DNA of 59,753 nucleotides, the filler included. It is 3 parts of 3 records of this genome, joined end to end, with 100 filler letters (N's around TTAATTAATTAA, not from the genome) between each part and the next. Parts side by side here need not be neighbours in the genome. Positions count along the whole stretch, not along the records: positions 37,373 to 59,753 come from SRR31156797_3003; 2 more parts are not named here. One strand, 5' to 3'. Positions within the stretch are counted from its first letter, which is position 1, and each line of letters opens with the position of its first letter. A model generated the notes under the pieces. It saw only the letters and a program-made list of their open reading frames with translations, was not told where the DNA came from and ran no database searches. This document shows, in pieces, positions 58,967 through 59,753 of the stretch. The position numbers and the translations under genes are program-made.

Positions 58967-59524
58967 TTAACTCCAACTTACGTAAAAAACAGTTTCTCTG
59001 GCTCCCTTTGCCAAAGACTTTTTAATATCAACTATCACGTTTTTACAACCAGATATTTCCATGGCAGTCTCCATCCAACCTGCTATTCTATATTCAATCA
59101 CGGTACTGGGCATAGGAAATTCAGACATTGTTAATTCAACATGCTTCGGGCCCTTTCCAGATACGTCAAGTTTTGATGGTTGATAATATGCAGAAAATAT
59201 TCTACTTGCTCTGTCAATAATATGCTCAGGTTTGCTTAATCGAACATAAACTTTATAAATACCTTTAAGTGCGACTTCAGCACTATATTTACCGCACTCC
59301 CAGGCTCCCTTTTTTATGTCGCCATCGTAAAACACTTCTCCAATCATTTGAGTAGGTAATATAGCTGCATCCTCTAAAGGATACCAGATATTCGACTTGA
59401 GACCATCCATCATAATTTTTCTGGATTTCTCAGGCAAAGCATTTAACCAATCAAAATAATGATCTTTAAATCTGCGACCCACAAATTCGGGGATGGATTT
59501 TGCTGCAGTACCTTTTACTTCCAT
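58967..59524 (-). CDS. Hypothetical V4R/HNOB-like (DUF2378-like) ligand-binding protein
   Basis: VKG.......F, WYP, G..SA...L.G.Y, GW...A.E..G, C-terminal ..SW typical of the V4R/H-NOX-like fold. Confidence 0.6.
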   Translation of the reverse strand: MEVKGTAAKSIPEFVGRRFKDHYFDWLNALPEKSRKIMMDGLKSNIWYPLEDAAILPTQMIGEVFYDGDIKKGAWECGKYSAEVALKGIYKVYVRLSKPEHIIDRASRIFSAYYQPSKLDVSGKGPKHVELTMSEFPMPSTVIEYRIAGWMETAMEISGCKNVIVDIKKSLAKGARETVFYVSWS

Positions 59525-59652
59525 AGTTAGTTTTTATTTGTGCGATATAAATATAAAAAATATTCTTCAGACTTATGAAATTTTCGAATATCATTGAATG
59601 TCAATATCATAAAATCAAAAGATATTATTTGTTGATTTTTCTTCAAAAAATG

Positions 59653-59684
59653 TTTGGCTGAATTAAAAAACTCTTCTATTTTTG
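59653..59684 (+). promoter_or_regulatory. Canonical Bacteroidota sigma-A promoter for the tRNA gene
   Basis: TTTG (59653-59656), 20-nt spacer, TATTTTTG (59677-59684). Confidence 0.8.
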
Positions 59685-59703
59685 CCGCGCTCTTAAGCAA
59701 ATT

Positions 59704-59753
59704 GCCGATATAGCTCAGCTGGCCAGAGCAGCTGATTTGTAATCAGCAGGTCG
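59704..59753 (+). tRNA. tRNA-Thr(TGT), 3'-truncated by window end
   Basis: GCCGATA TA GCTC AGCTGGCCA GAGC A GCTGA TT TGT AA TCAGC AGGTCG: acceptor 5' strand, D arm, anticodon arm with TGT. Confidence 0.93.

Overview
The window is not one locus. It is three unrelated contigs joined by 100-nt spacers (44 N + TTAATTAATTAA + 44 N, at 20465-20564 and 37273-37372). Contig 1 (1-20464) is Bacteroidota-like (TAnnTTTG promoters): queA, a MoxR-DUF58-batABCDE cluster, an Hpt/STAS pair, gcvT-serC-serA-DUF1015-yggS, a DHODH-like gene and two exported unknowns. Contig 2 (20565-37272) is Campylobacterota-like (Arcobacter-type): histidine kinases, hisS, dgt, GT2, tonB, a wHTH + nucleotidyltransferase pair, hemL, a PIN toxin-antitoxin pair, a Dabb-PpnP fusion, atpZ/I-like and Sel1 genes, uvrC and a NUDIX hydrolase. 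Contig 3 (37373-59753) is another Bacteroidota: lysC, an HTH-ACT protein, CBM9-DUF5916, miaB, a macrodomain operon, a T9SS cargo, a MacAB-type ABC system, ClC, DUF134-NifX and a partial tRNA-Thr. Best leads: the wHTH-NTase module with a perfect TTGACA-17-TATAAT promoter, an orphan DnaA-box cluster downstream of uvrC, a perfect 18-bp operator over an apparently leaderless DUF134-NifX fusion, the Dabb-PpnP fusion, a divergent HTH-ACT candidate regulator of lysC, a T9 tract/ATA start in the Sel1 gene, Ca-binding repeats in BatC, and DUF1015 as a possible SerB substitute. No CRISPR, rRNA, transposase or phage genes were seen. All family calls are from visual motif recognition; no database searches were run.
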